The translations under genes were made by a program, and so were the position numbers. A stretch of 64,000 nucleotides of DNA from Camelus dromedarius (lineage: Eukaryota). Under the pieces are notes generated by a model. The model was not told the DNA's origin. It saw only the letters and a list, made by a program, of their open reading frames with translations, and did no database searches. The stretch covers positions 101,248,001 to 101,312,000 of the forward strand of contig NC_087436.1 in assembly GCF_036321535.1 (NCBI RefSeq), read 5' to 3'. Of the stretch, positions 14,501-28,510 are shown in pieces; within the stretch, counting starts at the first letter, position 1; each line of letters opens with the position of its first letter.

Positions 14501-15260
14501 AAGCAAATGAAAAGATACTCGACACCATGAGCCAGCAAGAAAATGCAAATCAAAAACACACAGGATATCACTTCACATCTACTAGGGTGACTACAATACA
14601 AAAAGACAGACAATAAGTGTTGACAAGAATATGAAGAAATTAAAACCTTCATAAATGGCTGATTAGAATGTAAAATGACATAGACCCTTTGGAATATACT
14701 TTGGCAGTTCTTAAAAGATGTTAAACCCGGAGTTACCATATGATGCAGCAATTAAACTCCTATGTACAGTCCCAGGAGAAATCATAAAATATGTCCACAC
14801 AAAAACTTCTATGCAAATGTTCATAGCAGCATTAATCATCATAGCCAAAATGTGGAAACAACCCAAATTTCCATTTTAAGTGATGAATGGATAAACAAAA
14901 TGTGGTATATCCATACAATACTATTTCACAATGAAAAGGAATTAATTATTGAAACATCCTAAAACACAAACTTTGAAAACATTAGATTAAGTGAAAGAAG
15001 CCAATTACAAATGGCAACATATTGTATGAGTTTATTTAAATAAAATGTTCAGAATAAGTAAATCTACAGAGGCATAAAGTAGATTAGTTATTGCCTAGGT
15101 CTGGGGCAATCAGGAGGAATGGGGAGTGACTGCTAATGTACACAGTACTATTTCTTTTGGGAGTGATGAAATGTTTTGAATTTAGTATGGTGATGATTGT
15201 ACAATTCTGTGACTATAATCAAAAACTACTGAAGTTTATACATTACAGGAAAAAAAAGGA
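11560..15260 (+). mobile_element. Old LINE-1 (L1MB-like), ~3.7 kb of degraded ORF2 plus 3'UTR
   Basis: ORF2 remnants ([20 protein letters not shown]; gtgggatttatcccaagaatgcaagg; aaagcatttgacaaaatc) and an L1MB-type 3' end (ggagtgactgctaatg...gatgaaatgttttgaa). Confidence 0.92.
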
Positions 15261-15851
15261 AATCCTTTAAAACCCTATTAAATGGCTCATAATCTACTCA
15301 TCCACACTGAGGGTATACAAAAATTTCAGAGCTAGAGACTGGGGAAATTTTCTTTGGTGAGAGCCATCCTGTGAATTCCAGCTCCCTCAATTACAAGATA
15401 GTAGCTTTAAGGTGACCACTCTAAGGGCTCATTAATATGTCTCTCCTGAACTTTGGAGGACACGGTTGGCTGGCATCCACAGCAAGTCTGATTAGTGGAA
15501 AGAATGAATGGCTGGAAGCCTAGCCACTCCAGTGGTGGAAACAGGAGAGCTTGCTGCTTTGTCTAGTAATCTAAATCCCCAGAGTGTATTCAGGGCAAAG
15601 GATGTTTCCCATGGATCAGAGATTAATCATGAGTATAAAGAAGATGCAAGATAGAGTGATCCTAGTGAACAATCTTACCTGGAGGGGCAAACAGACCTCA
15701 GTAGAGGAAATGGAAACTTAGGGATGGAAATGAAAGGAAGCTATACCCTATCTCTTCATTCCACAGAATAGACATGTTTGACAAAGGAAATGTAGAGATG
15801 TCCTCGGGAATGGAAAAATCACTAGAAAACTTACAGAAATGCCAGTGAAAG

Positions 15852-16182
15852 TTGTCTTAGTCCATTTGGGCTGCTATAACAAAATACCATAACCTGGGTG
15901 CTTCATAAACAGCATTTATTTCACACAGTTCTGGAGGCTGAGAAGTCTAAGACCATGCCACCGGCAGATGCAGCATGTGAGGAAAGCCCATTCCGGCTGG
16001 TGCCTTCCACCTGGAACCCCACATGGTGAAAGGGACAAGGGAGCTTTCCTGGGCCTCATTCATACCAGCACCAATCCCAGTCACCTCCCACAGGCCCTGC
16101 CTGCCACTGCAATCATATTGGACATTAGGTTTCGACATACGAATTCTGGAGCTGGGGAGGGGACGTGAACATTCAGACCATA
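15852..16182 (-). mobile_element. MLT1A-type LTR
   Basis: tgtcttagtccatttgggctgctataacaaaataccata...cacagttctggaggctgagaagtc...aacattcagaccata. Confidence 0.85.
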
Positions 16183-16695
16183 ATAATAGATGTATTATCT
16201 TAGAACCAGCTGTTACAGTCAAGCTGACAGAGGAGGAAAACATGTGCTTGGCAGACAAACAGGGAAGAAGCTGACTAAACCTCCCTTATCATATGACGTC
16301 TTCCTGCCAGCTCTGGTCCCAGACTGCAGGAAGATAGAAGCTTCAATTTGAAATCAGCTTCAGAGCTTTGATAATTACATAGGACTAGACATTCTAATTA
16401 TTGAATTGATGGTGTGTTTCATGATTTAAAGCCATGACAGAAAGTTCTCAGAGTGACCAGAAAAGTCCTGGACTAAGTTTTCACATAGGAGCGAGAAGAA
16501 AAGTAGCCCCACCCAAAGGCAGTGGGAGACACAATTTAAATTATTTGTAACCATATCCCACAAGTCATGCTTCTTTAAGCTCTAAAATGAGAGTAACAAT
16601 ATTCTTTCTTAACTCCCTAGCAAATCATGAGTACTTTTAATTAATGTTATTACTATGACCTCACATTTACCATTGTTGACATATCCTCTAGAACA

Positions 16696-16905
16696 GCAGT
16701 GCTGAACATAATTTCCCCTGTAGATAGGAATACTCTCTATCCTGTCCAATCAAGTTAGCCACCAGCTACGTGTGGTTGGTTGTTGAGCACATGAAATGTG
16801 GCTCGAACAACTGAGGCACTTAATTTTTAATTTAATTTATTTTAATTTAATTAACTTAAATGTAAATAGCTACATGTGGCTGGTGGCTATTGTACTGGAC
16901 AGCTC
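16696..16905. mobile_element. MER3-like hAT DNA transposon (MITE)
   Basis: tagccaccagctacgtgtgg...gagcacatgaaatgtggct...AT-rich core...tagctacatgtggctggtggcta (internal inverted repeats). Confidence 0.8.
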
Positions 16906-17509
16906 AGATTCTAGACTGTATAACAAAGAAAAATGACAGCGGTCAGAAAAGTTGATTGTAAACTCAATCCTAAATTCAGCCAACAAGGAAGACTTTTCCA
17001 AACCAAATTGTTTCATTAGTGTAAGTGCTGATGCCAGAAAAACCTCAGAAGGAATCACAAACAAGTAGAATTGTAATTCCTACACAGATTAGGATTGTGG
17101 GCAACAAGAATAACAAATATATACAGATTAAACTTTGTCAATACTAAAATATATTCAAACTAACTTTTGGACATCTAGTCTGCTTCATTAGCAATGATAA
17201 TCAATTGCTTGTGGGATTTAAACCAGCCACTTCCTAAAGATGCAAATTGTTAAGCACGATATCTTACCAACAGAAGCTGCACCATCTTATTCTCTATGAA
17301 TCTTAGACAAAAAAAATATGTGTCCATCTGATTAGAACATTCCAGCATAAATCTCTGAAAGGTTTGGTGTAATTCCTTTGTAATATTGGAGGGGGGTTGT
17401 TACAAACCGGTAAAGGCAAGGACATTTACCTGCCTTTGGTAAACTTCCTGACCTACTCTTAAGCCACGAAGAAAGTTCACTTTAGTGAGCAAGGTAGAAT
17501 CTTGCTCAC

Positions 17510-17850
17510 CAAAAAAGAAAAGAAAAAAGAAGACACTAATGAACTCATCTACAAAACAGAAACAGACTCGCAGACATAGCAAACAATTTTATGGTTACTG
17601 GGGGAAAGGGGGTGGGAAGGGATAAACTCGGGAGTTCCAAATTTTTAAATATTAATTACTATACATAAAAATAGATTAAAAAACAAATTTCTTCTGTATA
17701 GCACAGGGAACTATATTCAACATCTTGTAGTAACGTTTAATGAAAAAGAACATGAAAACAAACATATAGATATGACTGGGACATTATGCTGTATACCAGA
17801 AATTGACACATTATAACTGACTATACTTCAATTAAAAAAAAAGAAAGAAA
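17510..17850 (+). mobile_element. Young L1 3'UTR fragment (camelid-type)
   Basis: gacactaatgaactcatctacaaaacagaaacagactc...gcacagggaactatattcaa...ctgactatacttcaattaaaaaaaa. Confidence 0.9.
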
Positions 17851-18923
17851 GCTCTGAAGTAAGAAGGCAGAGTCAACAGGCCTCCACGTTGAAGTCTATA
17901 GATTGGAGGAAAACACTAGGGAATTTAGTGTTATAATCAAGCCATGTCAGATGTGAGGGGAAATGGTACCAAAAGTTAGGCAATTCTGGCTGTGTTCTCG
18001 GTCAACGTCAAGCCAAACAGCTGTGTACTGTGAAATCTACCACCCCTGTCACACTAAAGGTTTATGTCCACTGTGGTATCTTCCATGTAACAGATCTAGG
18101 AGTTTTGACTTTATTTTTTATGAGTAATATTTGAAACTGCTTTTGCTCCCTCACCCCCATCTAGGCACCTCTTTCATCATCCTCACCCCACACACATACA
18201 CACACACAGTTTCCTGTACAGAGTTAGGAGTGCATCCTCTGTTTGGGAATAGGGTAGCTGTAGAGGACTTATAATATTCTACATATGTTCTAAACTAGAG
18301 GCTGCCTTGTTGTATCTAGCCTGAACTTGACTGGATGCCGTGGCAGCAGGTCATAGAAATCAGGAGTGTTCTAAAAAAAATGTGAGATTAGGACTTCTTA
18401 AGAAGGTAAATGATTGTTACAAATATATATACACACACACACACTCATACATATACACATATTTGTACAGCATATCTAACATTTGTAAAGTGCTTACTAC
18501 ATATGTAGCACTTTATATGAACTGTTACTCATGAAACATCTTTATAAGTGATATGTTAGCTCCAACATACAAGGAAAGCAAGGCTTGCAAGAGATTAAGA
18601 AATCGTATGCTCAAGGGGACATAATTATTGATAGAGGTCCTGAGCCATTTATTAAGCACAATGCAATGTGATCTCTGATAGAGAACAGAATTCTTCCTAT
18701 CAATCACGGTGAAGGGTGGTGCCATCATCTTCCCGGGGTCGTAATGACCTACTGATATATGAAAACAGCCTGCAGCTCTCTATAAATACAGCTTGTATCC
18801 AACCTAAATGCTTTTCTCACTCCTGCTTGTTATGAGTATAGAAACAACTGCAGGAGAAGGCATGAACTTGCTTATGTTGCAACTCTGTGAGGTCCTTACT
18901 GGAATCTGATCAAGGCAAACTAG

Positions 18924-19455
18924 TGTTAAATAGGAAGATAAGTGGGAGCACTGGGCAGGTAGGTGGAGGAGAGGGAGGATGGTCCGGAAGACGGTGTTAT
19001 GCCTGCCTCCAGCATAAAGGGGCTTTACTTCTAAATAAGTGCCAGCAAGAATTCAGTTAGAACCTGACAGGCATGAGTGCATGCTAACAGTAAGGACTTA
19101 ACTGGGACTCAGTGTTCATTGTATGATAATTAACCCTGCAGTTTAGACCCCACCATGGGTTTTTCTGTGTACACAGTGGGTAAGGACATGCACAAAGGGG
19201 CCAAACATGACTGAGCACTCCAGGGACAAGCGCTGTCAATCAATCAAAAGACCATCTCTAAGCGAGGGTGTAAGAGAAAGGGGGAGACAGAAACCATCGC
19301 TTTTCCTCCCTTGGGTCAGCGCTCCTCCCATTCTTAGAAGTGTACTTTTTCTTTTTTAAATAAATCTTTTAAAATCTTTCGCTACACAACTCATGGTCTC
19401 CCATCTTGTCTTCCAGGTATGACAAGAACTGGTGTCTTTATCTTTTGGGGAAACA
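18924..19455 (+). mobile_element. Solo ERV1-type LTR
   Basis: TG...CA termini, AATAAA at ~19359, perfect 4-bp target site duplication CTAG (18920-18923 and 19456-19459). Confidence 0.75.
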
Positions 19456-22400
19456 CTAGGACCATCACTTAAGTCTTTCCAAATGCTAACTTTCTTCAAG
19501 TTTAAAGCCTTGAGATAAAACGTTCCCTCCACATATTCCCAGAAGTCATATTTTCACAAAACCTGTATCCTTTGATGTAATAGGGCTTCAAAAGCTAGTT
19601 TGTGTTTGGGTGCCTGTCAGGGTTGTTTTGGTTTTTGTCTTTTTACTATAAACAACAGACTCTACCCTGGCTAGATCAAGCAGACAAGGTTTAAGTACAC
19701 AAGTGTATCAGGTTAGAATTTCCTGGATGACTGGAGTCAGGCTAGGAGGTTACTCTGCCATGACTTATGCACAACCAGAGAAAGAGAAGGGGTTGGTAGA
19801 AGGGCGTAGGCATGGGGCAAGTCAGGTGGGGGACTTCTTTAGGCAAAAATCTGCTGTTGCTGCTGCTATGTACATAGGATATGGGGACTGGTCACTCCGG
19901 GCACTGCCTTCGCAGGAGGTGGAGTCTGTGTGGCATGCGGGACATATTCCTCGTGCTGTTCACCACCAAATCCACATCTCATCTCTGTGGCTGCTTCTAA
20001 TTGTTAGATGCTAGATTATGTACCTGCATCCAGCTGCAGGAGAGGCAGAATTTTCTGACCTGTACTTTGGAAAGGCAGATTTGCAAAGTGAGAAAATGGA
20101 CCAAGAGTAAGGAGGCAGGTGTAAGCATGCTGCTCAGACACAGCTGAAGACCATCCTCCACAGCTGCCCTTGAAGTCATCCTCCAGACTGAAGTTTACTC
20201 TTAAAAGTGTCAATATTAAGTGAACAATAATAAAAATGGGAAACTGCCACAGACACATTAAATGAGCCTCTGCCTTTTGAAAGAGAAGATGGCTAAACAA
20301 TGTGTAAACTTTTCTTGACGACACAAAATTTGTAATATAAATTCCAATATTACAAACAGGATTCCACAGTATCAGGGAACGGAATGCTCAGTATCTGAAT
20401 CCTTGAAGTTACTGGCCATAAAAGAACTGATCACTTATAAATCTGATTTCATTTAGTGGACATTCTCCCATTTCTAATTATCATGGGGGTTAGGAAATAT
20501 CCAGGAATCAGATAGATCTAGGTTCATATCCTAGCAGAAGGACTTTGGGTGTTTTAATAACATTTTTGATGATTATGTGAGATGATGAATGTGAAACGTG
20601 GTTCACAGAGCCTGGATCAATGTGAGTACTCGATGAATGAGAGCTGGTGTTGAAGCCTGCTCTCCTTTCCCTGATTTTTCTTCATAAATCTGTCTCAAGT
20701 TACTTTTTTTCTGATCATGCCTGCCTCTCACTCTGTTAGAGCTGCTTCTACTGTGTTATGAGATGTCTTTATTAAGAATATTTGGTTAATAATTCTTTAG
20801 CTTACTGATTACTCATTTCCAGGGTCTGTCTGCAACAGTCTTGTGTATCTTTATGGGGTTTGCCATAAAGGAACCCCATGCCCCACCCAATCAGCCTGTA
20901 TTGTGCTTGACTTCTTGATTTCAAACCTTTAATTTCTCATTGCCTCTATTTGGTGTTTCTGGGAGGGTCTGCCTGCCTTGCAATGCTTTGGAGGTAGATT
21001 CTACTGTATAATTAAACATCTTATTGGGCAAAGGTTAAAGAGAGAAGAAAAACACCACCACAAGGAATTTTTCTCTCATTAGCACGTAAGAAGGGATCTG
21101 GAGCAAGAAAAATCTCTGATTGCAAGCCAATTCATTTATTACTCAAGATCTTTGGCCAAGACGGTTAACTTCTCTGAAATATTTTCCTGCTCTGCAAAAC
21201 GGGAGTTCAAAGGCTGACGTGCAGGGTTTCTGTGTAGATCAGAGATGCACCGGTTTCCCAGGGCAGCGTCTAGCATTCAGTTGGTGTTCCACACACGCTG
21301 GTTGTCCTTTTCATTGCAGGTGGGAGCAAGCCAACAGACAGCAGTAGAAGTGCATGCTGACCAGCATAAGGTGGGAAAGTCACCCAGAGACAGGATTATC
21401 TACTTCGGCTCAAGTTCAGCCCTGTCAGCCCGCCAGCAGGCAAAGACCTTTAATTTCACCATGTCATTTTCTCCTCCTAAAAGTACAGTCTGACATATAT
21501 TTGCTTTTTAAATTGAAGTGAACTAAAATTAATCTCATTATGGGAATCTGATAGTCCTTAAGGTACTTGGAGACTCCGGAGTGTCACAAAACTAGGATCA
21601 ACATCCCTGGCAAAACGCCAGTGGGAAAAGCAAAGGCAGCTAAGTGGACGCCTGTGGGGCTAGGGGTGAGGGGGCAGGGGATGCTTATGTAGAATTTGAC
21701 TCCTTTTGACATTCTGTCAAAGTATTGTGGCTCAAATGGACACTTGAAGCCTGATTATTTCTGAGAAATCCTTAAAGACCTGCCTTGTTTCTTAGCCAAC
21801 AGTTTACGTTTTTGAAAGTCATTTAAATATCATTTGAATTTTATTTAAATATTCAGTAGAGGGCCATTGTTAAGCATTAATTTGCACACATACTTTGGAC
21901 AACCATGGCTTCTGGAGCTGTTTCTGGAGCTTCATGTGAACCTGCTCTGCATTAGAGGACAGGTCATACGAACAGACTATCACCTGGGGTCGCTGTGCCC
22001 TTCAGGTAGGAGAAATTGAGGATCAGCCTTTGGGAACAGAATGGGTGTTGCATCCCAGAGATCTCTATTTTTTCCTGATGACGTCTTCCAGTCCCAGTGT
22101 GGTTGTCTCCCTGGCTGGGGTCTCCCCTGTGCCCTTGGTTTCCTGGCTCTTTAATTCTCACTTGATGGGCTGCTGTCCACTCTGACATCCTGAATCTCAG
22201 CATCTTGTGGGTACAGGACACTATCTTTCTCATTATCTTGAGGGTCCTAGAGCTTCCTGGAGAAAAAGCTTTTAGATCGTCTTTTTCCACATATTTCAAA
22301 ACACTGAAGAGATTTTGCTTTAAAATGCCTATTGCTTTTGCTCTAAATTTAAGCCTCTGTCCTAAGTTTTATCATTTCCATTTCTTGATTTTGAGAGCCA

Positions 22401-23019
22401 CGATACTGTCTATATCTCACTCTCTCCAAAGACAGAAACTAGGTCCTTCTTTTCTATGCGGACCATGAAAGTTGTTGGTCTTGCCTCTTTTGCCCATATT
22501 TTGTAGTGCAAGTTTGCCAGATGTCATTTTCTTATTAAAAACAGTGCAATTCACTCTATGTATCCATCCCTTCTTCTATCTGAAGACAAAATAGCATAAT
22601 CACTAAAAGCATGGTTCCTGGGGTCAGATTCCCTAGATTTGTTCACTTTGTTTTGTGGTGTGAGCTTAACAAGGCATCCTTTGCCCTAATTTACTCATCT
22701 GTAAAACTCATCCAAGGGATAGCACTCATCCAAGGGATTGTGGCAACCCCATTTAATACGGGGTAACCCATATAAAGCACTTACAATCAAGAGGGGACCT
22801 AACTTGGTGAGTCGATGGAGAATGAGGTAGAAGGATCAGGAGATAATGATCTGTGTTGCTTCTTTTCTGTTTGAGGACTTGCCCCCTTAATAGTGACAAC
22901 TTTGAGGATGCTCCATGCACAGCACGCACCAGGGAGAGTGCTTTGGAGTAAAGACTTGCATCTAGCTCTGATATCACAGATGTCAACTTCTAGGTTAATC
23001 ACCTACATACCGGATAGCT

Positions 23020-23490
23020 GTATAAACAGAGATTCAGAAGTAGGTTTGCTAAAGGATACCTACTGCACTTACTAATGGCTGGGACCTGCCAACTGCCAGA
23101 CAGTTTTCTTTGACTTGATATTGTTCTGCTTGTCCAGGGTAGGTTAGAAGTGCTGAGGAATTAACAAACCACCTGCCACCTCCTAGGAGTCTTTAATCCA
23201 TGACTGGCTAGAGTTGGTGTATAAATTCCTTAGCTCTAATGTCCCTTGTGTGGAATAACTCTGAATCACACAATCCTCACTGACTTTAGAATCCATCAAG
23301 GGGATTAAATTCCAGTAACCCACTGTGGTAACTGAATTGATAAACATATCACCCCCGGTGTTCCCTTGCCTATTTCACCAAGCCACCTCACTGCTGGTTT
23401 TTCCTGAGACCACCTTCCAAACAAACTACTTGTGCTCAATTCCTTTGTTTCAGGGTCTGCTTCTGGGGAGAAAGCCAAACTAAGATTGAT
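23020..23490 (+). mobile_element. LTR16/LTR33-like ERVL LTR
   Basis: 3' motif caccttccaaacaaactacttgtgctcaattcc...tcagggtctgcttctgggga...aaactaaga. Confidence 0.7.
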
Positions 23491-23874
23491 GAAATGAGAA
23501 CATGACATTGTGGAAGGCCCTAGAGAGTCAAGTCCTGGCACATGGTACATACTTGTACATTTCTTTGTTCTTTCATTCATTGATTCATTCTTTGAAGTTA
23601 GCTAGTCAGTGTGTTATTTCAGAGATCTACAGGGTCTCCAGAAGCAGCCCACCAGGCTGGCTGAGAGAAGCACAGCCCTGAGAGCTACAACTGCTGACAA
23701 GAAAGGAAGCTTGCTGGTGGCCTCACTGGCTCTGGCTACCTGTTGCCACAGGTGCAGGAAGGGTGAATTTTTTCTTTTTTTTTTATAAAAACAGGTACTT
23801 TTTTAAATGAAGGTTTCTCTTCTCAGACTTTACTGAACTTGCTTCATTCTTCACACAGCATTATGACTGACATC

Positions 23875-24095
23875 ACAAAGTGGTTCTTAACTAGGAATAA
23901 TTTCATTATTTAGAGGACATTTGGCAATGTCTAGAGATAGGTTTGACTGTCACCGCTGGGAGGGGATGCTATTAGCATCCAGTGAGTAGAGACCAGGGAC
24001 ACTGCTGTAGATGTCTTAAAATGCACAAGACAGCTCCTCAAACGAGGGATCACTCAGCCCAATGTGTCAGCAGTGCTGAAGCAGAGAAGCCCTGA
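23875..24095. mobile_element. MER20 hAT DNA transposon
   Basis: ggacatttggcaatgtctagaga...ggatgctattagcatccagtgagtagagaccaggga...gctgaagcagagaagccctg. Confidence 0.85.
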
Positions 24096-24225
24096 ATAGG
24101 GAATGAGAATTTGCTGACCTGAACTGTAATCTCATGGAAGAAGAGTGGTAATTACTTGGTTTTGAAATTAGCCCTCTTCCATCAGGTAAGAGGATAAGAA
24201 ATTCTGATAAAGCAGTTTAGTCTAT

Positions 24226-24430
24226 TGCAACACTGTCCCAAAGGACTTTCTGCAATGCTAGAAATCTCTGTCTGCTCTGCCCAATATGGTAGTCGCTAAA
24301 TCCATGTTGCTATTGAGCATCTGAAATGAGACTAGTGAGACTGAGGAACTGAATTTTAGTTTTTACTTTTAACTAATCAAAATTTAAATTGTCACAAGTG
24401 GGCTAGTGAGTACCTATTTAACAGTGGTTG
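24226..24430. mobile_element. MER3-like hAT DNA transposon
   Basis: ctgtcccaaaggactttctgcaatg...ccaatatggtagtc...tattgagcatctgaaatg...gactgaggaactgaatttt. Confidence 0.8.
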
Positions 24431-24444
24431 CGATATCAGAGGCT

Positions 24445-24660
24445 AGTGTCAGAGAGACCTGAGTTCAAATCCTGACTCTGTCCTTTACTCTGTAGCCACA
24501 TGAGCTTGAGCAATACATTTAACCTCTCCAAGCCTCAGTTTCACATCTGTACAAGGGGAATAAAAGTTGTACATCCTTCGCAATACTATTACAAGGATTA
24601 ACGGTGAAGTATATAGCACAGCATTTGCATATATACATGCTCAATTAATTATTATTAACT
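24445..24660 (+). mobile_element. MIR SINE
   Basis: gtcagagagacctgagttcaaatcctgactctg...ttaacctctccaagcctcagtttc. Confidence 0.8.
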
Positions 24661-24809
24661 ATAGGTGAACTGTTAATATTCACATAGTGAAGCTTCTTTT
24701 CACCCCTCAGCCAGCCTTAGTAGCAAGAACTGGAAACTGGTTAAAACAGTAACCTCCTTTCCCAGAGCCCTGAATCTGATTTACATCTCTGTTTTGGGGT
24801 TTAATTCTG

Positions 24810-24812
<3 letters not shown>

Positions 24813-24860
<48 letters not shown>
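24813..24860. repeat. (GT)24 microsatellite
   Basis: Perfect GT dinucleotide run. Confidence 0.97.
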
Positions 24861-24862
<2 letters not shown>

Positions 24863-25770
24863 ATAAAATTCATCATCTAAAATCTTTTAACTACAAACTT
24901 CCTATTCTTAATCCAGCCACACACAACCCTCCCTTCTTGTTTATTTTGACCTTATATTCACATTTGCATTCCTCTTGATTATGCTTCTGCCTCCTCCCAC
25001 CCCCCTGAACCTGCCAGGCATTCTGAGAACTTGGGTAAGGTCTTTCCTTTTCCTCCTCCTGACTCCTGCTTCCCATGGAACAAAGCTGTTTGTAAATGTT
25101 TTCACCTAACTGATCATGACATCTGTGGACAGGGTCTAGAAAGGTTGTTGGAGTGTTTCATTTAGAGAAAGAGATAAAAATAAAACTTCGTCTAGAGTTT
25201 CTCCACAACACTTAATATTATTTGAGACAAAAGGGTCACTGTAATTAATTTGAAATATACCTACTTCATGCGGGTTTTATGCGGCTCATATATTGCTCCC
25301 ATTATTCAGAAAGCAAAGGGAACAAATGATCATTCAGAAGACACCATAAAAAAGTATTTAAAAGTGTGTAATGGTTCAGCTTTATGTGCACATTTATTAG
25401 TTTGTCTGTGAATGAGTATATGAGAGAGAAAGAAATAGAGATGGAGAGAATGTTTTCTGCTTTTGTGTGTGTGTGGGGGGGAGTATAAACCAATATATTG
25501 AGTAACAGTACATCAGTTCATGTATTTCAACAAACATAAATATCATCATGCCTTCTGCAGAATGATGCACCTTGTAAGAATGCTGTCTTGAATATCTCGA
25601 GTTATAATAAAACAATATGATGTCTCTGTGATACAAATTCACATACACACGCACAGACACACACGAACACAGACCTTCACACCAACACTTACACGTACAC
25701 ATACATGCATATTTGATTAAAGAGTGAAAGAAAAGAAAGAATACAAGATTCAAAGAGGCACAGACACTTT

Positions 25771-26043
25771 TTTTTCATTGAGTTATAGTCATTTTACAAT
25801 GTTGTGTCAAATTCCAGTGCAGAGCACAATTTTTCAGTTATATGTGAACATATATTCATTGTCACATTTTTTTTCTGCTGTGAGCTACCACAAGATCTTG
25901 TATAAATTTCCCTGTGCTATACCATGTAATCTTGCTTATGTATTCTACATATGCCTGTCAGTATCTACAAATTTTGAACTCCCAGTCTATCCCTTCCCAC
26001 CCCACCCTGTGGCAACCACAAGTTTGTATTCTATGTCTGTGAG
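25771..26043 (-). mobile_element. 5'-truncated young L1 3'UTR with TSD
   Basis: Reverse complement of the same L1 3' end as at 17.5 kb; TSD aagaggc(a/t)cagacacttt on both sides. Confidence 0.88.
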
Positions 26044-27091
26044 AAGAGGCTCAGACACTTTTAATAAGTCATCACTAGATAGATTTTCACCATCTCTCTT
26101 CACAAGTTTCCACTAGGGTTAGTTTTAGTTTTAATATTTAAGATAAGTTATTTACTGTTTTTAAAAGAGTGAACATTTGAAAATTATGTCTTTTTTAGTA
26201 ATTGCATCTTCATAGATCCTGGCCATGCTGGGACATTGTGGGTGTCAACATGCTCAATAGTTGCTACAGGAAAAAGACAATGTTTAGCGTATAATGCACA
26301 ACATCAAAGCTACTGAGTAAAAGGCAACATTTGCTATTCTTTAGGAAAATTGGCAACATTAAAAATACATACTATGCATAATTAAAACCAAGGAAATATG
26401 TTACTGGTCCCAATAAATTTGTTCCAGGACCAAAGGAATAAGTATAGAATTAACTGCATTTATGCACTTTATTTCAAAATGAATACTGCAATTCAAAAAG
26501 ACAGTCCTTTAGCCGATTTTTGCTTTTGAATCATTGCCATTGTTAATCAAGCACCCAAACTGTAATCAAAACAAAACAATTTTTATTAAACTTACATAAT
26601 ATGTGAGCATACTGCTGTATATATATTTTGTAAGTTTGGATATTTCTATTTTTATCTTTTATCTTCTTTCCTGTAGTGATAATTTAATAAGAAATATTCA
26701 GTGGGTATTTACAGTCTACCAGTACTGTTCTAGGCACTGAATAGTGTTGATTAGAAAAAACAAAACGTATATATACTAAATGTTTATGTGTGTTGAAAAG
26801 ATTTTGAAGGAGTTGAATTGAGTATGTTTTAATTTAGATATCACAAGTTGTTGGATGGGATATAGTTTCTTTGAAGACCACTGTTCATATATTTTATATA
26901 TTTCTATTTACTTTTTTCTTGTCTAATGAATTCCCAGCACATGATCAATCATATTGTCATTGCAATGAGATTTCACTGTTATAAACAGTTCCTGAAATAG
27001 GATGGGGGAGACGTAAATAAATAAATAAATACATAAATAAAATAATGCAATATTCTGTATTATTCAAGAAGTATGAATCAAATTATGATTC

Positions 27092-27232
27092 CAAGATATT
27101 CAATATTTTGTAGTAACCTATAATGAAAAACATGGAAGTTAATATGTGTATGTGTATGGATGACTGAACTATTATGCTGTACGCCCGAAACTGACACAAC
27201 ACTGTAAACTGACTATATTTCAATTAAAAAAA
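27092..27232 (+). mobile_element. Short L1 3' end fragment
   Basis: tgtagtaacctataatgaaaaa...attatgctgtacg..gaaactgacacaacactgtaaactgactata; flanked by the direct repeat tatgattcca. Confidence 0.8.
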
Positions 27233-27480
27233 TATGATTCCAGATAAAATTTATTTTGGTATAATATTTAGGAACATAGACATCAACATTTTAAATATTA
27301 ATTAAAGGAATATTTACTTAAATATTTTTTAATTCTTAACATCTTTAATGTAACATCAAATATTTTTAGAAGAATTTTCATTGATAGCATAATACACTCA
27401 TTAAGTGACATGATTGGGGAACAGGCTATCTTAACTCAAATTAATTAAATTTTCATGGAAAATGAATAATTAAAAAAAAT

Positions 27481-27623
27481 TTTTTTTTTTTTACTTTTTT
27501 GGGGGAGGGGGTAATTAGGTTCATGTATTTATTTACTTTTAGAGGAGGTACTGGGGATTGAACCCAGGAAGTCGTGCATGCTAAGTATGTACTCTACCAT
27601 TGAGCTATAACCACCCCCACCCC
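27481..27623 (-). mobile_element. tRNA-derived SINE (camelid Vic-type)
   Basis: gggggtaattaggtt...agaggaggtactggggattgaacccagg...gcatgctaag..actctaccattgagctata; Pol III A/B box remnants on the minus strand; flanking ggaaa(a)tga(a/g)ta repeat. Confidence 0.85.
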
Positions 27624-28059
27624 AGGAAATGAGTATTTTCACATTATGTAAAACAAATGTCCAGACCAAGGATGTTGACATGGTTTGGCAGTTAAGAGAT
27701 GTGCCTCTGAGTTTTTTAATATATCTGGATGTATCTCAGTATGTTAGCTTTGTAAACACATCATCAACTACAACATAAACTCTCTTTAAATAAGTATCAT
27801 ACGCTTCCACTGTGGCCATGGTGGTTTAAAGACTTGGACTTCACTTCTTGTTGATCAAAACTGGAAAATAGGACGAAGTACATGTAGCTACTATTATCAA
27901 GACTGTTCCTGAAAGAAGGGGACAAATGAAGGGCATTCTATTATATGTTGACTTCTGTATAACTGCACTTTTCAAAAGTTTAGTGGATTCACGGCATTGA
28001 AGAGATGGTGATCAGAGTACAGGGAGACTGGGGTCACCACAAGTTGCACATCAGTTTTG

Positions 28060-28285
28060 GAAAGGAGGGGTTACACAGCATACTGGTTGTTGCCTGGGGC
28101 CGGCATGGGGGTGTTGATTGTTTGCTAAGGAGCACAAGGGGACGTTTTAGGAATGATGATATCTTTCAGTATATTGATGGTGATAACATGAGTGTATACA
28201 ATTTCAAAACCCATCAAAATATACAATTAAAATTAATGCAGTTTATTGTATATACACTATCCCATGATAAATTCGATTTTTTAAA
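28060..28285 (+). mobile_element. Old L1 (L1MC-like) 3' fragment
   Basis: tggttgttgcctgggg...ggaatgatgatatc...gtttattgtatatacactat..ataaa. Confidence 0.65.
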
Positions 28286-28510
28286 ATGCTTAAAGTTGGC
28301 AACAAACAATTGGAAGAGAAAAAGCATTTAATTTTAGACTCTGAAAAGATTTAATGCAAATATATGAAAACCCATTACTATCCAAATTGTACAGAATAAT
28401 AAGAATTTTAATAAAAATCTGTATTTACTGAGTGCTTCCCATCTTACAAGCTTTGGTTTAAATACCTGATATGCATTAACTCAGTCTTCAAAGGAAACCA
28501 ATGAGGTAGG

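Noticed and set aside
21320..21370. Plus-strand 51-nt exon-like segment (VGASQQTAVEVHADQHK)
   Set aside because: Weak donor, isolated, and no recognisable homology.
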